Of a stretch of 64,000 nt of DNA, positions 34,789-44,221 are shown in pieces. How positions within the stretch are numbered: the stretch's first letter is position 1; every line of letters starts with the position of its first letter. The position numbers and the translations under genes are program-made. The notes below the pieces were generated by a model, which did not search any database, was not told the DNA's origin, and was given only the letters and a program-made list of their open reading frames with translations. This DNA is from Candidatus Gastranaerophilales bacterium. GTDB taxonomy: Bacteria; Cyanobacteriota; Vampirovibrionia; Gastranaerophilales; Gastranaerophilaceae. Location: positions 841 to 64,840 of the forward strand of contig JAQVKX010000001.1 of the NCBI GenBank assembly GCA_028694425.1, written 5' to 3'.

Positions 34789-35877
34789 ATGTCAAAAAAC
34801 AAATACTGGATAGCACTTTCGTCTATGGAAGAGATTGACAGCAGGTTTGTACAACGGCTGTACAATTATTTTGGCGATATTGAAACAGCTTACAAGGCTT
34901 GTGCAAAAGATTTATCTCAAATTGACGGTTTAAACATCAAAAAAGCCGAAACTTTTATCCAAAAACGAGATAAAACAAATCCTGAAAAAGTTTTAGATGA
35001 AATTATCCGAAGAAATCTTTCTTTTATAACATTTGAGGATGAAAACTATCCTTATATGCTCAAAAACATCTCCGACCCGCCTATGGTTTTATACGTAAAA
35101 GGGGATTTGGGACTTTGTAATTTAGAAAGAACTCTCGCTATCGTAGGTTCAAGAAAAGCAAGCACAAACGCAAAAGATGTTTTGACAAAAATTATAGCGG
35201 AATTAAGAAACACGGATGTTTGCATTGTATCGGGACTGGCTTCCGGAATTGATACAACCGCCCACAATGCGGCTTTGGCAAATAATCTTAAAACCATCGG
35301 AGTAATCGCAAGCGGATTTGATTTTGTATACCCGAGTGCAAATAAAGAGCTTTATAAAAAGATTACCGACGGTAACGGTGCAATTTTAAGCGAATATTTT
35401 CCGACTTTTCAGCCTTTACAGTTTAGGTTCCCCCATAGAAACAGGATTGTTTCCGGTCTTTCTTACGGAACTTTAGTTGCGGAAGCGGCAATAAGAAGCG
35501 GTGCTTTGATTACAGCAAATTTATGCTTGGAGCATGGAAGAGAATTAATGTGTATCCCCGGTCTTGTTTCAAACCCGAATACTCAAGGAGTTTATAAACT
35601 TTTAAAACAAGGAGCCGCAATGGTTACTTGTGCAGAGGATATTCTGGAAACCTTAAAATGGGAAATTCAGTCTGAAAAACAGTTAAAAATGGATTTTTCA
35701 CAATATTCAAACGATGAAAAGAAGATTTTGAGTTCAATTGAAATAGAACCGAAAGGATTTGATGCAATTTCTGCAGAAACGAGTGTTAATTTCAATGACC
35801 TTTTGTTTTGCCTGACAAATCTTGAACTTCAAGGTGCAATAAAACAAATCGATGGGGAAAAATATAAGATTATTTAA
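34789..35877 (+). CDS. dprA: DNA-processing protein DprA
   Basis: VGSRKAS, SGLASGID..AH and RNRIVSGLS motifs; start at the ATG at 34789, right after the TPR stop. Confidence 0.9.
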   Translation: MSKNKYWIALSSMEEIDSRFVQRLYNYFGDIETAYKACAKDLSQIDGLNIKKAETFIQKRDKTNPEKVLDEIIRRNLSFITFEDENYPYMLKNISDPPMVLYVKGDLGLCNLERTLAIVGSRKASTNAKDVLTKIIAELRNTDVCIVSGLASGIDTTAHNAALANNLKTIGVIASGFDFVYPSANKELYKKITDGNGAILSEYFPTFQPLQFRFPHRNRIVSGLSYGTLVAEAAIRSGALITANLCLEHGRELMCIPGLVSNPNTQGVYKLLKQGAAMVTCAEDILETLKWEIQSEKQLKMDFSQYSNDEKKILSSIEIEPKGFDAISAETSVNFNDLLFCLTNLELQGAIKQIDGEKYKII

Positions 35878-35895
35878 ATAAAAAGGAGATAAAAA

Positions 35896-36309
35896 ATGGA
35901 TACAAAATGTGAAGAGGATATGTCAATTATTGAAGGGCTTTTTTTGATGAGAAAAGACTATGAAGAAAGTATGGATAAATACAATCAGCTTGTTGAAAAA
36001 TATGGTGAATGGATTGAAAAACAAATGGACAGCAAAGATAAGGATAAAGGTTTACTTGCCGAACTTTGTTATGTATTTACCGAAGAATACTTACTATTAA
36101 GTGAAATGGTTGAAGAACTTCATGAAAATTATTTTGAACAACTTTTGACAGAAGCTATTTTGAAAGATTTTATTGAAGAAAAAGGTCTGACAAACGAAGC
36201 TGTAAAATTTCATAATAAAACACAGAAGATGTTTGAAAAAATGATGACACCTCCCAAAACTAATGTTGTAAAGATTAATAAAAATAAAAAATCAAAAAAG
36301 AAGAAGTGA
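35896..36309 (+). CDS. acidic hypothetical protein with a lysine-rich tail
   Basis: 137-aa ORF with a GGAG RBS, between dprA and topA. Confidence 0.5.
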   Translation: MDTKCEEDMSIIEGLFLMRKDYEESMDKYNQLVEKYGEWIEKQMDSKDKDKGLLAELCYVFTEEYLLLSEMVEELHENYFEQLLTEAILKDFIEEKGLTNEAVKFHNKTQKMFEKMMTPPKTNVVKINKNKKSKKKK

Positions 36310-36317
36310 TTTTTTTA

Positions 36318-36326
36318 TGTTATAAT
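36318..36326 (+). promoter_or_regulatory. extended -10 element TGTTATAAT upstream of topA
   Basis: TGnTATAAT 34 nt upstream of the ATG at 36360. Confidence 0.4.
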
Positions 36327-36359
36327 TTCTAGACGATACAGATTTGAGAAAAAATATAG

Positions 36360-38687
36360 ATGGCTACAAAAACAACAAAGAAATCTGAAGATCAAGAAAT
36401 TAAAATGAAAACCACGAAGTCTAAAAAAGCCCCAAAGAGTGAGAAAGCTTTAGTGATTGTAGAGTCACCCGCAAAATCAAAAACAATTAAAAAAATTCTT
36501 GGTGACAGTTTTCAGATAGAAGCAAGTTTCGGACACATAAGGGATTTTCCTAAAAGCGTCCTGGGTTTTGACGTGCAAAAAGAGTTTGAACCGACTTTTG
36601 TCGTAATTCCCGAGAAAAAAAAGGTTGTTGGCAAATTAAATGAGATTGCAAAAAAATGCGATAAAATTTATCTTGCATCCGACCCTGACCGTGAAGGAGA
36701 AGCTATTGCCTGGCACGTACGCCAGATTCTTGATGTACCTGAAGAAAAAATCTTCCGCATAGAATTTAACGAAATTACACCAAAAGCTGTTAAGTATGCC
36801 GTTGAACATTCAAGACACATTGATATGGATAAAGTTAAGGCTCAACAGACAAGACAAATTCTGGACAGACTTGTAGGCTACAAAATAAGTCCTGTTCTTT
36901 GGGAAAAATTAAGAAATAACAGACTTTCGGCAGGACGTGTTCAATCCGTTGCCTTGAGGATGATTTGTGAGCGTGAAGAAGAAATAGAAGCATTCACTCC
37001 GGTTGAATACTGGTCAATTACCGCAGAACTCGACCAAAAAGGAACAATTATTGAGGCAGAACTTGCAAAATATAAAGACAAAAAAATTGAAATAAATAAC
37101 AAAGACGAAGCACAAAAAATCGTAGATTTTCTCTCCGATAAAACAACAAAATATCAAGTTTCTAAAATTACAAACCGTGAAAGCACAAGAAAGCCCTCGG
37201 CACCTTTTATAACCTCAACTCTGCAAAGAGAAGCCAGCTCAAAACTCGGCTACGGAGTTTCAAAAACCATGCAGGTTGCTCAAAAGCTTTATGAAGGTAT
37301 GGAATTAGGAAGCGAAGGTGCTGTAGGTTTGATTACTTATATGAGAACTGACTCGGTAAGAATCTCCGATGATGCTGTTCAAGCCGCAAAAGACTTTATT
37401 TTAAATAATTACGGTCAAAAATATTATCCGAGCGAAGCTAACAATTACGTTAAAACCGATAAAAAGAATGTTCAAGATGCTCACGAGGCCATCCGTCCGT
37501 CTTATCCCGAAAAAACCCCTGAAAAAATTAAACAATATTTGACAAATGAACAATATAGGCTTTATAAGCTAATTTGGGACAGGTTTATGTCTTCTCAAAT
37601 GTCAAATGCAAGTATTGCAAATACTTCAGTTGACATTGAAGCAGGAGACTATACTCTCAGAGTGGGTGCAAGCAAGGTTATTTTTGACGGATTTTTGAAA
37701 GTTTATACCGAAGAAAAAGAAGAAAATGAAATAGAAGACGGTGAACAAAATTTAGATAAAAAAACAATTCCTGACTTTGAGAAAGGTGATGTTTTAAAAT
37801 GTAAAAAAGTTAACCCGAAACAACATTTTACACAGCCTCCGCCAAGATTCTCAGAAGCTTCTCTGGTCAAAGCACTTGAAGAACACGGAATCGGTCGTCC
37901 TTCTACTTATGCTCCGATTATTACTAAAATTCAGACAAAAGGTTATGTTGAAAAAATTGAAAAAGCTTTGGTGCCTACACTTTTAGGCAAAACCGTTTCA
38001 AAACAGCTTGTTGAACATTTTCAACAAGTTATGAACTATAAATTTACCGCAGGTATGGAAACAAAACTTGACGATATAGCTGAACAGAAAGCTGTTTGGA
38101 ATAAAGTACTCAGAGATTTTTACGACCCTTTTATTGAAACGGTTAATAATGCAAGACAAAATATGGAAAAAATAAACATAGAAAGCGATGTGATTTGTCC
38201 AAATTGCGGAAAACCCATGCTGATAAGAACAAGCCGTTTCGGAACACAGTTTCTCGGTTGCTCCGGCTACCCTGAATGCAAAACAATGATGCCTTTAAAT
38301 AAGTCAGGTGAGGTTCAGGAGCCTGAAACAACAGATGAAAAATGTGAAAAATGCCGGTCAGATATGATTATAAAAGTAGGACCTTACGGAAAATATTTGG
38401 AATGTACAAATGAAGAATGCAAGAACAGAAAACGCCTTGTCAAATCAACCGGCGTAAAGTGCCCAAAAGAGGGTTGCGAAGGAGAAATTGTCCAGCGAAA
38501 ATCAAAATACGGAAAAATATTTTACGGCTGCAATAAATATCCCGACTGTAATTTTGTTCTTTGGAATGAACCTACGGGCGAAGCATGCCCTAAGTGCAAT
38601 TCACTTTTAGTTAAAAAAGTTCTGAAAAAAGGCACTACAATTCAATGTTCTAATAAGGAATGTGATTATTTTATCGAAAGTGAATAA
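36360..38687 (+). CDS. topA: DNA topoisomerase I
   Basis: Toprim LVIVESPAKSKTI, DPDREGE, active-site region YMRTDS, three or four C-terminal CxxC...CxxC zinc ribbons. Confidence 0.96.
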   Translation: MATKTTKKSEDQEIKMKTTKSKKAPKSEKALVIVESPAKSKTIKKILGDSFQIEASFGHIRDFPKSVLGFDVQKEFEPTFVVIPEKKKVVGKLNEIAKKCDKIYLASDPDREGEAIAWHVRQILDVPEEKIFRIEFNEITPKAVKYAVEHSRHIDMDKVKAQQTRQILDRLVGYKISPVLWEKLRNNRLSAGRVQSVALRMICEREEEIEAFTPVEYWSITAELDQKGTIIEAELAKYKDKKIEINNKDEAQKIVDFLSDKTTKYQVSKITNRESTRKPSAPFITSTLQREASSKLGYGVSKTMQVAQKLYEGMELGSEGAVGLITYMRTDSVRISDDAVQAAKDFILNNYGQKYYPSEANNYVKTDKKNVQDAHEAIRPSYPEKTPEKIKQYLTNEQYRLYKLIWDRFMSSQMSNASIANTSVDIEAGDYTLRVGASKVIFDGFLKVYTEEKEENEIEDGEQNLDKKTIPDFEKGDVLKCKKVNPKQHFTQPPPRFSEASLVKALEEHGIGRPSTYAPIITKIQTKGYVEKIEKALVPTLLGKTVSKQLVEHFQQVMNYKFTAGMETKLDDIAEQKAVWNKVLRDFYDPFIETVNNARQNMEKINIESDVICPNCGKPMLIRTSRFGTQFLGCSGYPECKTMMPLNKSGEVQEPETTDEKCEKCRSDMIIKVGPYGKYLECTNEECKNRKRLVKSTGVKCPKEGCEGEIVQRKSKYGKIFYGCNKYPDCNFVLWNEPTGEACPKCNSLLVKKVLKKGTTIQCSNKECDYFIESE

Positions 38688-38691
38688 GTTT

Positions 38692-38847
38692 TGAGCATGC
38701 GGAAAAAGTCCAATTTTGACAAAAATTGAGACTTTTCCGTATGCGACCTTAGAAGTGTGAAAACCTTGCCGGCTGCGGGATAGCCGGCGGCAAGGTTTGA
38801 AACCGGACATCAGAGTTTACAGGAAAAAGGAACTTTTTCCGTAAACT
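38692..38847. repeat. NPE, intermediate copy
   Basis: GAGCATGCGGAAAAAGTCCAATTTTGACAAAA...CCTTGCCGGCTGCGGGATAGCCGGCGGCAAGG...GAGTTTACAGGAAAAAGGAACTTTTTCCGTAAACTC. Confidence 0.85.
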
Positions 38848-38852
38848 CTTTT
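38812..38852 (+). terminator. rho-independent terminator of topA, formed by the terminal NPE hairpin
   Basis: 16-bp stem with one bulge, followed by TTTTT. Confidence 0.7.
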
Positions 38853-38854
38853 TA

Positions 38855-38962
38855 GTTTATAGGATTATAGGTTGTTTAGTCAAAATTGAAAGACCTTGCA
38901 GAACCGATAAACCCATCACCCTATAAACCTATAACCTTCTTTTCACGCTTCACTCTTCACTC
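38855..38962. repeat. SWR cluster
   Basis: TTTATAGGATTATAGGTT ... CCCTATAAACCTATAACC; TTTTCACGCTTCACTCTTCACTC. Confidence 0.85.
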
Positions 38963-38987
38963 AAAAAGAAAAGGGCCTGATGGCCCT
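38962..38987 (-). terminator. orphan rho-independent terminator on the minus strand
   Basis: AGGGCC-ATCA-GGCCCT followed on the minus strand by TTTTCTTTTT; no minus-strand ORF directly upstream. Confidence 0.45.
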
Positions 38988-39228
38988 GTTGGAATTAAGA
39001 ATAGCTGGAAGTATGAAAAAGATTTAATTATATTTAACGTAATAAATAGTATTTTTACAATTACTCTGTTGTGCTATCTTTTTTCAGTTTGTTATTACCT
39101 GATTGAGCTACTTTATTAATACCCGAATGGCTTAATACGACATGTATTAAGTGTATTCAAGATACTTAATCAAAAAGTACAACACCAATAAGGATTTTGG
39201 GCATTTATGTATTTTTGTAAAATAGGGG

Positions 39229-39257
39229 TTGACAAATTTTATTTTATGGTACATAAT
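39229..39257 (+). promoter_or_regulatory. near-consensus sigma-70 promoter
   Basis: TTGACA-17 nt-CATAAT, about 60 nt upstream of the ATG at 39319. Confidence 0.55.
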
Positions 39258-39318
39258 GAAAATGTCAAATGAAGTGTAAGAAAAACACTTATTTAAATTC
39301 CCCAAAGGAGGTGTGGTT

Positions 39319-39540
39319 ATGAAAATAAATTCAATCAACAGCTACTACCCGCCAAACAGACTTGAAGTAACTTTTGAAGGGACTAATCCTTCAGGAAACA
39401 CAGCCGTAAATTATCCTATGAAGGATACTGTTCAATTTGAAAGTGCAAAAAAACCATCGAAATTAACTTTTGGAAAGGTATTAGCAAAACTGTTTGAAGG
39501 AACGGTTGAGCCTATTATAATACCTTACAACGGTGTATAA
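39319..39540 (+). CDS. small hypothetical protein (73 aa)
   Basis: AGGAGG RBS 7 nt upstream of the ATG; strong promoter upstream; 3' end overlaps the convergent ribD by 16 nt. Confidence 0.45.
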   Translation: MKINSINSYYPPNRLEVTFEGTNPSGNTAVNYPMKDTVQFESAKKPSKLTFGKVLAKLFEGTVEPIIIPYNGV

Positions 39541-40628
39541 ATCGGCATAGAAATAATTAATATATCCTGATTAAGGGCATAAATGCTTGCGAACTCAAAC
39601 CTTAATGAATTATTGATTTCATTAATCTTTCTACCCTCAAAAGCATTTATGCCCTTTTCATCACCCAATATTTTAGGTGCAATAAATTGATAAATTTTAT
39701 CTGCCAATCCTAACGAAATAATCTCTCCGTTTAGCTTTCCGCCTGCCTCTACTAATACACTTTTAATTCCAAGTTCATATAATTTTTCAAATAAAAACCC
39801 CAAATCCAGCTTATAATTGTTGCTTGGACACTTAATAACTGCTACATGCGTAGTAACAGAAGTGATTTTTGAGATTTCAATGTTCTCATCAACAACAATA
39901 TATATTTTTTCGCCGGTAGTTTGATAAATTTTTGATTTTAAATCAGTCTTTAGCTCCCTATCAAGTATTATTTTTATGGGATTTTTACCGTTTTTCAGGG
40001 TACATGTCATGGAAGGATTATCTTTTATTATCGTAGAGCTTGTTGTTAATATTGCATCATAGCGATTTCTGATTTTTTGTACTTCCTTTCTGGCTTTTTC
40101 TGACGTAATCCATTTTGAAGAACCTGTTCTCGTGGCGATTTTGCCGTCCAGTGTTGTTGCTGTTTTTATTGCTACAAAGCACTCTTTCTTCGTCATATTT
40201 TTGACAAAAATTTCATTTAATTTAAAAACTTCATCATGCAAAACGTCCTCAATGACTTCAATTCCTGCTTTTTTACATTTTTCTATACTTTCGCCTGACA
40301 CAATAGGGTTAGGGTCTTTCATGCCTATAACAAGCCTTTTAATCCCTTTTTTAATTATTAAATCAACGCATGGCGGAGTTTTGCCCCAATGACAGCAAGG
40401 CTCAAGATTTACAATCAAAGTACCGCCTTTTGCTTCATTGTTTTTTAGTTTGCTTAGTGCATCAGCTTCGGCATGCAATTCGCCATAAGCTTTGTGATAA
40501 CCTGTTGCGATTTCTTTTCCGTTTTTGTCAAGCACAACACAACCTACCAAAGGGTTGGGAGAAGTTTTCCCCTCCGCCTTAAGTGCCAGTTTTATGCATT
40601 TTTTCATATATTTTTTATAATTTGTCAT
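39525..40628 (-). CDS. ribD: bifunctional riboflavin biosynthesis deaminase/reductase
   Basis: HAEADAL and PCCHWGKTPPC deaminase zinc motifs plus a RibD C-terminal reductase domain. Confidence 0.93.
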   Translation of the reverse strand: MTNYKKYMKKCIKLALKAEGKTSPNPLVGCVVLDKNGKEIATGYHKAYGELHAEADALSKLKNNEAKGGTLIVNLEPCCHWGKTPPCVDLIIKKGIKRLVIGMKDPNPIVSGESIEKCKKAGIEVIEDVLHDEVFKLNEIFVKNMTKKECFVAIKTATTLDGKIATRTGSSKWITSEKARKEVQKIRNRYDAILTTSSTIIKDNPSMTCTLKNGKNPIKIILDRELKTDLKSKIYQTTGEKIYIVVDENIEISKITSVTTHVAVIKCPSNNYKLDLGFLFEKLYELGIKSVLVEAGGKLNGEIISLGLADKIYQFIAPKILGDEKGINAFEGRKINEINNSLRFEFASIYALNQDILIISMPIYTPL

Positions 40629-40629
40629 A

Positions 40630-41622
40630 CTAAATCTTAAAAACGGGCTTCTCGTTTACTTCATTAAATAATACCACCCTGCTTATAGGTTGAGCCTCTT
40701 TTATCTGTTTATAGAAATCTTTTACGAGAACGAGTTGGTTCTGTACTCTTTTAAAATTTTGTTCGGTTAAATAATTTTCAAAATTTTCTGCTGTTGTAGT
40801 ATATTTCCTGACTTTTACAAACAAATAAAAATCTTTTTGTCTTTTAGAAATTTGATTAATCGTAAAGCTCAAAATATCTTCCCAAGAGCATTCATGCCAA
40901 GGTGAAGCAATAATATCAAGAATGTAATTTAAATTATCGCTTGTAGTTATTGATAAATATGCTTTAATTGTTTTAAGATTTTCATCTTCAATTACGTACT
41001 TAAACTTAGAATCTTTTAAACCTTTAAAAAACAGCTCCCAATATTCGTTTTTCGTTGAAACTATTGAATATTTAAAGTGTGTAATTACGGAATCATTAAA
41101 AAGCATGGCAACTATCGGTGCATCAGAGTTCTTAAACGGTCTAAAAAAGGAGTTACTCTCCTGAGAAAACCTGATTAATTCCATTTTCCACATTTGTTCT
41201 GATGAACATTGTCTAAAACCACAACCGTCAACAAATAAACTTAAAAGTTCATCATAAGAATCATCTATTTTAGCTATAAAAGCCGTAGCACCTTTTGCAC
41301 CATATTTTGAAATAACAAAGTCAATTAATTGTTTTCCGGCATTGAAGCAGTTATGTTCTAAAAATAGTCGAATTATATTGAGTTTATAAGGGTTTCCTTG
41401 GGTAGGCGTAACCGTAATCATTCCGATAATTTCTTTATTTTCTTCTATTACATAAGATTCCGGCAAAAATTTTAAACTCAAAGGCAGCAAATCATGAATG
41501 ATATTAAACGGAAAATTCATAAAAACTTTTGTGTAATAGCTTACAATATCTGTGCTTAAAAAAGAAATCATCTTTTTAAGCTTAAATTTATCAAAATAAC
41601 CTGCTTTTCTTATTCTCGTCAT
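40630..41622 (-). CDS. hypothetical protein, possibly a tandem GNAT-like acetyltransferase
   Basis: 330 aa; weak GNAT-like segment (IIRLFLEHNCFNAGKQLIDFVISKY); 1-nt gap to ribD. Confidence 0.4.
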   Translation of the reverse strand: MTRIRKAGYFDKFKLKKMISFLSTDIVSYYTKVFMNFPFNIIHDLLPLSLKFLPESYVIEENKEIIGMITVTPTQGNPYKLNIIRLFLEHNCFNAGKQLIDFVISKYGAKGATAFIAKIDDSYDELLSLFVDGCGFRQCSSEQMWKMELIRFSQESNSFFRPFKNSDAPIVAMLFNDSVITHFKYSIVSTKNEYWELFFKGLKDSKFKYVIEDENLKTIKAYLSITTSDNLNYILDIIASPWHECSWEDILSFTINQISKRQKDFYLFVKVRKYTTTAENFENYLTEQNFKRVQNQLVLVKDFYKQIKEAQPISRVVLFNEVNEKPVFKI

Positions 41623-41671
41623 TTTCTTTTTCTACCTCAACACGAAATCCTTCTGATTTCGCCTTTTTTTA

Positions 41672-41746
41672 AAGTGAGCCGTGAACAGTGAACAGTGAGC
41701 AGAAGATTCCATTTCTTATTTGCCTTATATTTTTCACCTTTTACCT
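41672..41746. repeat. SWR cluster
   Basis: AAGTGAGCCGTGAACAGTGAACAGTGAGCAG ... TTTTTCACCTTTTACC. Confidence 0.85.
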
Positions 41747-41804
41747 AACAGCATTATACTACAATTAATTTTACGAGGTAATCACTTTATGCTAAAATTC
41801 AGTT

Positions 41805-41984
41805 ATGAAAAAGCTGAAAAGTCAAAATCTTCTTGAATATGTTTTAATTGCCGCAATGATTGCAATTGCAGGATATTTTTTTATGTCGAAATTTGATTTC
41901 AACACAATAAAACATTATGTTTTTACAAGACCGATTGATTCTTCCGACAGCACAAAAATTAAAATTGAGGCAATGACAAAATGA
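41805..41984 (+). CDS. Flp/Fap-type pilin-like small protein (59 aa; not in the ORF track)
   Basis: MKKLKSQNLLEYVLIAAMIAIAGYFF...: basic leader followed by an xxLLEY-hydrophobic helix as in Flp-family prepilins; the stop overlaps the next start (ATGA). Confidence 0.4.
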   Translation: MKKLKSQNLLEYVLIAAMIAIAGYFFMSKFDFNTIKHYVFTRPIDSSDSTKIKIEAMTK

Positions 41985-42958
41985 AAGTTGCTTGTGTAAA
42001 AGATGACAAAATTGTTATAGAAGAGGCACCTAAGCCGTCTTTAAAAGACGGCTTAGGTGCCTTGGTAAAAACATTAGGCTGTGGGCTGTGCGGTTCCGAT
42101 ATCGTTAAATTTAGACAAGGAAGCGTTAAAAACGGCACTGTTTTAGGTCATGAAATTGTGGGTGAAATTGTTGATATTAATTCAAAAACCGGTTTTAAAG
42201 TCGGCGACAGGATAGTAAGTTCCCATCATATACCTTGTCTTAATTGTGTTTACTGTAAAAACGGGAATTACTCAATGTGTGCTCACTTTAAGGAAACCAA
42301 TATAGTCCCTGGCGGTTTTAGCGAATACGTTTACCTTTCTGAGGAACACCTGCAAAATGTAGCTGTAAAAATTCCCGATAATTTAACAGAAATTGAAGCC
42401 TCTTTTTATGAACCTCTGGGATGCTGTATCAGGGCAATTAAGAGAGCAGAACTAAAACCAAATTCAAAAGTTTTGGTTATCGGTTTAGGTTCTATCGGAA
42501 TTTTAATGGGGCAAGCCTTAAAGGCTTATCAAGCAGAAGTTTTTGGGTGTGACATCCTTAAAGAAAGGATAGATTTTGCAAATAAAATCGGTATTAAATC
42601 TTACTATTCATCTGAAGTCAAAAATCTTCAAGTTGACGCGGTTTTTATGACCTCAGGTGCTGATGTAACAATTGATTTAGCATTAAAAGAAGTAAGAGAC
42701 GGCGGAAAAATCATTGTTTTTGCAAGTACTCCGAAAAATTTCGGTTATGCAAACAATGAAATTTATTACAGAGAATTAACCGTTTTGGGGAGTTATTCTC
42801 CCGCGATTGCAGATTTAAAAGATTCGATAAACTTACTTGCAAGCAAAAAAATTAAAGTTGACAATATTTCAACTGTTTATGAGCTTAAAGACATTGACAA
42901 GGCTTTTCGTGATACAATTGAAAATAAAATATTAAAAGCGTACATTAAAGTTAAATAA
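41981..42958 (+). CDS. zinc-dependent alcohol/polyol dehydrogenase (MDR family)
   Basis: CGLCGSD, GHE.VGE.V and structural-zinc CLNCVYCKNGNYSMC motifs; GLGSIG Rossmann motif. Confidence 0.85.
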   Translation: MKVACVKDDKIVIEEAPKPSLKDGLGALVKTLGCGLCGSDIVKFRQGSVKNGTVLGHEIVGEIVDINSKTGFKVGDRIVSSHHIPCLNCVYCKNGNYSMCAHFKETNIVPGGFSEYVYLSEEHLQNVAVKIPDNLTEIEASFYEPLGCCIRAIKRAELKPNSKVLVIGLGSIGILMGQALKAYQAEVFGCDILKERIDFANKIGIKSYYSSEVKNLQVDAVFMTSGADVTIDLALKEVRDGGKIIVFASTPKNFGYANNEIYYRELTVLGSYSPAIADLKDSINLLASKKIKVDNISTVYELKDIDKAFRDTIENKILKAYIKVK

Positions 42959-43034
42959 AAATGGGTAAGACCATCTCCTCCTCTTTTTCAAACGACTACA
43001 AATCGTATTTGTGAAAAGAAAGGGGGTGATTAAA

Positions 43035-43100
43035 TTGATAGTAAATGAAAAAGAGCTTATTATAATCTTAGCGATTATAATAGCTCTTCTATCAAGATAG
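43035..43100 (+). CDS. candidate 21-aa hydrophobic mini-protein (MIVNEKELIIILAIIIALLSR)
   Basis: GGGGG RBS 8 nt upstream of a TTG start; terminator immediately downstream; very short, so weak. Confidence 0.25.
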   Translation: MIVNEKELIIILAIIIALLSR

Positions 43101-43140
43101 GGCTTTTAAAGAGGATGTTACAGCATCCTCGCCCTTTTTT
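43100..43140 (+). terminator. rho-independent terminator
   Basis: GGGC...GAGGATG-TTACAG-CATCCTC-GCCC followed by TTTTTT. Confidence 0.65.
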
Positions 43141-43168
43141 ATTATAAACTATTTAATAAAAAAATCAA

Positions 43169-44221
43169 GTGGGTAAAATGACTAAAAAAATGAAATCTAT
43201 ACAATACTGGGGACCCGGTGACATACGTTTGGAAGAAGTAAGTATAAAACCTCTAAATGAAGGTGAGGTTCTAGTTAAAGTCGAAGCAGCTCTTACTTGC
43301 GGAACCGATGTCAAAACTTACCGAAGAGGTCATCCGATTTTAATAAAACAAGTTCCTTCGGGATTTGGACACGAATTTGCAGGTATAGTTGCACAATTAG
43401 GCAAAAATGTTGAAGGATTTGAAATCGGCGACAGGGTTGTTGCGGCAAATTCCGCACCTTGCGGAGAATGTTTTTTCTGCAGAAAAGAAGAATATAATTT
43501 ATGTGAAAATTTACACTTGTTAAACGGAGCTTATGCTGAATATATAACCGTTCCGGCAAGAATTGTTCAAAAAAATCTGCTTAAACTCCCTGAAAATTTA
43601 AGTTTTGATAAAGCTGCTTTTTGCGAACCCCTTGCAAACGTCGTTCATGGTGTAGAAAGAACGGAAATCAAACCGGGTCAAACGGTAGGAATTATCGGAA
43701 TAGGTCCGATTGGGCTTATGTTTGCAAAACTTGCAAAATTAAAAGGAGCAAAGGTTATAGCGGCAGGAAGAAATCCTTTAAAATTAAAACTTGCGGATGA
43801 ATTTGCACAAGCGGATGAAGTTATTGATTTGACAAAGTATCCAAATCCCGAAAAAATATTTCTTTCTTTTACAGAAGAACAAAAAGGGTTGGATGTCGCT
43901 GTTGAATGTGTCGGTCTGCCTTCGATTTGGGAAAGAATGTTCTCGCTTGTAAGGCCGGGCGGAACGGTTCACTTTTTTGGCGGCTGTAAATCAGGCTCTA
44001 CGGTGACTTTTGACACAACAAGAATGCATTATAATGATATAAAAATGATAAGCGTTTTTCACCATACTCCAAAATACTTCAGGCAGGCACTTGACCTTAT
44101 TGCATCAGGTCAAGTGCCTGTAGAAAAACTTATTACAGGCACAATTGGCTTGGCAGATGTACCTGAGGCTTTAGAAAAACACATCGCAGGCGATGCTATT
44201 AAGTTTTTAATCAAACCGTAG
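43169..44221 (+). CDS. zinc-dependent alcohol/polyol dehydrogenase (MDR family), paralogue
   Basis: CGTDV, GHEFAG.V and CGECFFCRKEEYNLC motifs; GIGPIG Rossmann motif; GTG start, or the ATG at 43178. Confidence 0.85.
   Translation: MGKMTKKMKSIQYWGPGDIRLEEVSIKPLNEGEVLVKVEAALTCGTDVKTYRRGHPILIKQVPSGFGHEFAGIVAQLGKNVEGFEIGDRVVAANSAPCGECFFCRKEEYNLCENLHLLNGAYAEYITVPARIVQKNLLKLPENLSFDKAAFCEPLANVVHGVERTEIKPGQTVGIIGIGPIGLMFAKLAKLKGAKVIAAGRNPLKLKLADEFAQADEVIDLTKYPNPEKIFLSFTEEQKGLDVAVECVGLPSIWERMFSLVRPGGTVHFFGGCKSGSTVTFDTTRMHYNDIKMISVFHHTPKYFRQALDLIASGQVPVEKLITGTIGLADVPEALEKHIAGDAIKFLIKP

Noticed and set aside
39147-39338. 63-aa minus-strand ORF upstream of the orphan terminator
   Set aside because: It has no RBS, has AT-rich junk composition, and overlaps the strong plus-strand promoter and RBS of the 39319 gene.
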